This document shows positions 62,235 to 64,000 of a DNA stretch of 64,000 bases, in pieces. The stretch covers positions 44,513 to 108,512 of the forward strand of contig CAVPNL010000013.1 of the NCBI GenBank assembly GCA_963706575.1, in the 5' to 3' direction. The notes beneath the pieces were generated by a model. It ran no database searches. It worked only from the letters and a program-made list of their open reading frames with translations, and was not told where the DNA came from. Positions within the stretch are counted from its first letter, which is position 1. The number at the start of each line of letters is the position of its first letter. Both the position numbers and the translations under genes were made by a program. This DNA comes from an uncultured delta proteobacterium. Lineage in GTDB: Bacteria; Desulfobacterota; Desulfobacteria; Desulfobacterales; JAHEIW01.

Positions 62235-62910
62235 TTCCAATAAATACGTATCCGGTGCCCCAGACCGTCTTAATAAATTCAGGAGATTTTGGATTATCAT
62301 TAAGCTTTTGACGCAGGCGGCTGACAGCAATGTCAACTGAGCGATTAAAGGCATCACAGTCCATACCGCGCAGCTCCTGCAGAATCTGGTCACGATTCAA
62401 CACCTTGCCGGCATTTCGGGCCAGCAGGACCAAAGCAGCAAACTCATTGGTTGTCAGGTCAACGGGATTACCATCCAGCAGGGCAATGCGTTTATCCAGA
62501 TCGATGGTCAGCCGATCAAACGTCAGCGTCTGATTATCGCTGAGTTGCTGGGTGCGGCGCAGCACCGATTGAATCCGAGCCACCAGTTCCCGGGGTTCAA
62601 AGGGTTTTGCCAGGTAATCATCGGCTCCGAGCTCCAGCCCGACCACCTTATCCGTGACCTCCCCCCGGGCGGTCAACATGATAATCGGAATATTGCTGGT
62701 CTGGCGAATCGCTCTGCAGACCTCAAAACCGTCCATCTCCGGCAGCATGATGTCCAGAATCACCAAATCGGGCGAGGCCTGCCGCAGTATTTTTAAGCCT
62801 TGGGTCGGCCGGGTCGCCGTAATGGCCGCATACCCAAAGTCTTTTAAAAAATCTTTGAGCAGCTGATTCAGTTTGGCATCATCATCGATGATCAAGATGG
62901 TTGGGTTCAT
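62221..62910 (-). CDS. OmpR-family response regulator
   Basis: LDIMLP, MLTARG, GADDYLAKPF, winged helix IKTVWGTGY. Confidence 0.95.
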   Translation of the reverse strand: MNPTILIIDDDAKLNQLLKDFLKDFGYAAITATRPTQGLKILRQASPDLVILDIMLPEMDGFEVCRAIRQTSNIPIIMLTARGEVTDKVVGLELGADDYLAKPFEPRELVARIQSVLRRTQQLSDNQTLTFDRLTIDLDKRIALLDGNPVDLTTNEFAALVLLARNAGKVLNRDQILQELRGMDCDAFNRSVDIAVSRLRQKLNDNPKSPEFIKTVWGTGYVFIGNDAD

Positions 62911-62967
62911 CTGATTTTGGATTTTAGAATTTAGATTTTGATCTTGATCTTACCTGTGAAAGGCCGC

Positions 62968-63049
62968 CGGGTACGGGTTACGTGTTGCGCGTAAATCCGA
63001 AAGAGCCCGGAATTGAACAACTCGTAACCCGAAACCCGCAACCCGCAAC
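62968..63049. repeat. GGGTT(A/G)C / (G/C)AACCC heptamer-armed palindrome
   Basis: cgggttacgtgttgcg ... caactcgtaacccgaaacccgcaacccgcaac. Confidence 0.6.
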
Positions 63050-63061
63050 TGTCTATTCCCA

Positions 63062-63493
63062 TTAATCCTGATGTTTCTCATGAAAGTATTCAATCTTCGC
63101 AACCAGTTTTTCCCTTTGTTCCGCTGACAGGGTTTTGTGAAATTCGACCAGCCGGGTCATCGCCAGATCTATCATCTCATCCATCTGGGCCCGCTTCTGA
63201 GCAATGAGGCCTTTTAAATTTTCCTGGTTAATGTCCTCTTTGCGCAGTTCGGCCATAAACTCAGCATGCATGGCCTCTTTTTGGGCATGCATTTCCTTGG
63301 CCTTGGCCATAAACTCTTCTTTGATCCCATCGAGCTGCTCCCGTTGCGGATCGGTCAGGTCAAGGGTTTCGGCAATATAGTCCACCACAAATTCCAGCTT
63401 GCCCTGATGAGAGTGGGAACGACAGCCGCTAAAAACCAAAGCCCCTGAAATAAAAACACAGATCAATGCGATTGTTAAACCTTTTTTTACCAT
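63062..63493 (-). CDS. Spy/CpxP-family lipoprotein
   Basis: Lipobox FSGC; LDLTDPQ and LSAEQREK (LTxxQ) motifs; AGGAGG RBS. Confidence 0.85.
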   Translation of the reverse strand: MVKKGLTIALICVFISGALVFSGCRSHSHQGKLEFVVDYIAETLDLTDPQREQLDGIKEEFMAKAKEMHAQKEAMHAEFMAELRKEDINQENLKGLIAQKRAQMDEMIDLAMTRLVEFHKTLSAEQREKLVAKIEYFHEKHQD

Positions 63494-63596
63494 GATTCCT
63501 CCTTTGTTGTAAAACAACGATTGAGATTTTGAAAAGGAAATTAAATTATCCATGGTAAAAATATAATCAGAAAGAAAACAGAATGCTTTTCAGGGG

Positions 63597-63622
63597 TGTA
63601 ACAGTTTGTAACAATTTGTAAC
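63597..63622. promoter_or_regulatory. Triple direct repeat TGTAAC-N4 (10-bp period), OmpR/CpxR-type box
   Basis: tgtaacagtt tgtaacaatt tgtaac, about 105 nt upstream of the Spy/CpxP-like gene. Confidence 0.65.
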
Positions 63623-64000
63623 GGCATAAGAAACCAATAGCATTAAGGCATGCAAACATATCAAATTCCAGATGGGCCGGCTGTATTAAAAAAATGCTAA
63701 ACTTTTATCGCAAATTACCGATATTGGGGCTGGAAACTTCTCGGGTGCGCGTGCATCTTTTTTGTCGGGCCCTCAATTTAAATTGGGGTGTTACCGGGAA
63801 AAATAACGGCATTGGGGGAGGTTAACCGAATTATGGTTCAGTCAGCCCCTGTCCTTTTAAAGGGCAGGGGCTGTACCGAACCAGAAAACCGACTCGCCGT
63901 ATCGCACCCGAAGGTTTCGATTATATGGGCATATCATTCCAAAAGCGTTCAGGGGGGATTTCCGATAAATACAAAAACGTAAGAATAAAACCTGACTTAT

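Overview
A 64 kb gene-dense bacterial segment whose gene content resembles Desulfobacterota (Desulfobacterales-like; this is an inference). I found no rRNA, tRNA, CRISPR array, prophage or transposase. From left to right it carries: (1) a Ca-binding-repeat surface protein with a frameshift-hidden Gly-rich C-terminal anchor; (2) a PlsA/PlsR(Ger)-like activase/dehydratase pair plus a flippase-like gene; (3) MscS; (4) three lipoproteins and a 7TM-DISM-like sensor kinase/NtrC pair; (5) lemA-htpX-like and assorted envelope genes; (6) a TauE exporter divergent from a cytoplasmic molybdopterin/Fe-S/GltD-like oxidoreductase operon; (7) chrA; (8) tdh-kbl; (9) a corrinoid protein plus a pyrrolysine-free MtmB homolog co-oriented with a polar amino acid ABC transporter; (10) a second MscS; (11) an M20 amidohydrolase and a second Mo enzyme behind hutH; (12) hutU-ftcD-hutI-cyclodeaminase; (13) a Spy/CpxP-OmpR-kinase module. 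The best candidates for undescribed biology are the non-Pyl MtmB demethylation/uptake locus, a putative shared sigma-54 envelope regulon (same GTCAAC-N4-GTTGCAC site about 205 bp upstream of two -24/-12 promoters), and the anchor-less Mo/NAD(P)H oxidoreductase cluster. Several genes carry single-base frameshifts, dense at 27.1-29.4 kb, which are most likely sequencing indels. Intergenic DNA holds a MITE, REP-like palindromes and several tandem-repeat-armed palindromes. All family assignments come from motif recognition by eye; no searches were run.
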